64,000 nt of DNA from Chiloscyllium plagiosum (Eukaryota): the NCBI RefSeq assembly GCF_004010195.1, contig NC_057719.1, positions 82,391,953 to 82,455,952 of the forward strand, in the 5' to 3' direction. The position numbers and the translations under genes are program-made. How positions within the stretch are numbered: the first letter of the stretch is position 1; each line of letters starts with the position of its first letter. Under the pieces are notes generated by a model. That model had not been told where the DNA came from. It made no database searches and saw only the letters and a list, made by a program, of their open reading frames with translations. Below are positions 62,731-64,000 of this stretch, in pieces.

Positions 62731-63742
62731 ATGTTGTGGCTGCACAAGATATTGGTGAGACCACTTTTAGAATATTGCAATTCTGCTGTTGGAAGGATGT
62801 TGTTAAATTAGAAAGGGTGCAGACAAAATGTAAAAGAACACTGCCAGGACTGTGGGGCTTGAATTATAAAGAGAGGCTTGGACTCCCTTTCCGCTGAAGT
62901 GTCACAGATTGAGGGGTGACCAAATAGACATGTATGAAATCATGAGGGAAAGAGATAAGGTGACTAGCCAAAGGTAGGCAAATCTAAAACTAGAGGGCAT
63001 AGGTTTAAGGTGAGAGGGGAAAGATTTAAAAAGGACCTCGGGGCATTTTTTTCCCCACACAGAGCTGTCTATGTATGGAAGGGGAAATGGTAGAGACGGG
63101 TACAATCACAACATTTAAAAAAACATTTGGACAGGTATGTTGACAGGAAAGGTGTAGAGAGATACAGACCAAACACAGGTAAATAGCACTAGATTAGTTT
63201 AGGATACGCGGTCAGCATGGATAGGTTAGGTCTGTTTCCACGAGATAGGTCTCTATGAACCCAAATTCAATCAAGCCTTTTTCCATGATCTTCCCTGACA
63301 AAACCGTGCTGACCGTCCTTGATTACTCCTTGCCTTTTCAAACCCTGATCACTTCTATCCTTCATAATATTTTCCAAGTTTCCCTACCAGACACTTAAGA
63401 CTTAGTGTCCTGGTCTTTCCTGGTTTTTTTTTCCTCTTGCCACCTTGAATAACGGTACCACCTTAGCGTTCCTTCAGCCCTGTGGCCAGAGATGATTTGA
63501 AAATTAACGTTTTGCCAGCTGCAGCACCAATAGCCTGGTCTAACAGGATAAAGTAAACTGTGTGTAGCTGTGACACGATTAAACACCATTCTCTCATGAG
63601 TTGGGGAAAGTAAACACGAAGATATGTGATTCCGATTTCCTGATGTCTTCGCGAAGGGTCACTAGATCAAAAACCGTAACTCCTTTTTTTCTCTCTGTCC
63701 ACGGTTTCTCCAGCAACTTCCCCTTTTCATTTGTTGCTTCCA

Positions 63743-63779
63743 CTTTTCCGGTGCCTCTCGTCCGGCCACCGAGGGCGAG
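63743..63779 (+). other. Candidate short non-coding first exon (TOP/TCT-like start)
   Basis: CTTTTCC at 63743, no ATG, consensus donor gtgagt at 63780. Confidence 0.5.
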
Positions 63780-63787
63780 GTGAGTTT

Positions 63788-63963
63788 CCGGAAACAGCCG
63801 AGGCGCCGCCTGGCCGAGTTCCGGAATCAGCCGAGGCGCGACCAGTAATAGCCGAGGGTCGCCTGGTCGTGTTCCGGAATCAGCCGAGGCGCAACCGGAA
63901 ATAGCCGAGGGTCGCCTGGTCGTGTTCCGAAATCAGCCGAAGCGCAACCGGAAATAGCCGAGG
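63788..63963 (+). repeat. ~3.3 x 53-bp GC-rich tandem repeat
   Basis: Units start at 63788, 63842, 63895, 63948; each has two ccggaa-nn-agccgagg sub-repeats. Confidence 0.92.
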
Positions 63964-64000
63964 ACAATGGATCCCCGGATATCGCCGAACACCGTAAGGA

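Larger units (their letters stand above)
59400..63258 (+). mobile_element. CR1 LINE split by PLE insertions (pieces ~59400-59760 and ~62735-63258)
   Basis: YMDFSKAFDKIPHGRL; LVRPLLEYC; 91-bp mini-PLE 59623-59713 with TSD tccagggagagata. Confidence 0.8.
63610..64000 (+). promoter_or_regulatory. CpG-island-like promoter of a gene running off the right edge
   Basis: Abrupt CpG enrichment against the CpG-depleted window; palindrome cttcgcgaag ~63647-63656; pyrimidine tract; donor GAG|GTGAGT; multiple CCGGAA. Confidence 0.65.

Noticed and set aside
63788..63963. Possible CRISPR array
   Set aside because: The spacers themselves repeat with 53-bp period, so it is a minisatellite

Overview
Eukaryotic, repeat-saturated vertebrate DNA. 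The repeat content (HE1-type V-SINEs, CR1 LINEs with (CTATGACT)n/(AATCT)n tails, abundant Penelope-like elements) points to a cartilaginous fish, probably a shark; this is inference. No intact host CDS is recognisable, and every long ORF in the track is a decayed transposon ORF or its antisense shadow. Main components are: many CR1, L2 and Rex1 LINE fragments; at least three families of Penelope-like elements (PLEs, RT + GIY-YIG) whose terminal repeats carry minimal hammerhead ribozyme (HHR) motifs; a Gmr1-type Gypsy LTR element (32906-38283, minus) with SCAN-like gag, PR-IN-RH order, deleted RT and tRNA-Pro PBS; a second Gypsy pol relic; a Harbinger-like relic; and several local inverted duplications. 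The right end holds a CpG-rich promoter with a short TOP-like first exon and an ETS-motif tandem repeat. The most interesting signals are a TSD-flanked ~220 bp foldback mini-element that can fold as an intramolecular double hammerhead (18928-19150), and HHR stem covariation across three PLE families. Boundaries of old repeats are approximate (tens of bp). There are two assembly gaps (17106-17213, 27879-27901).
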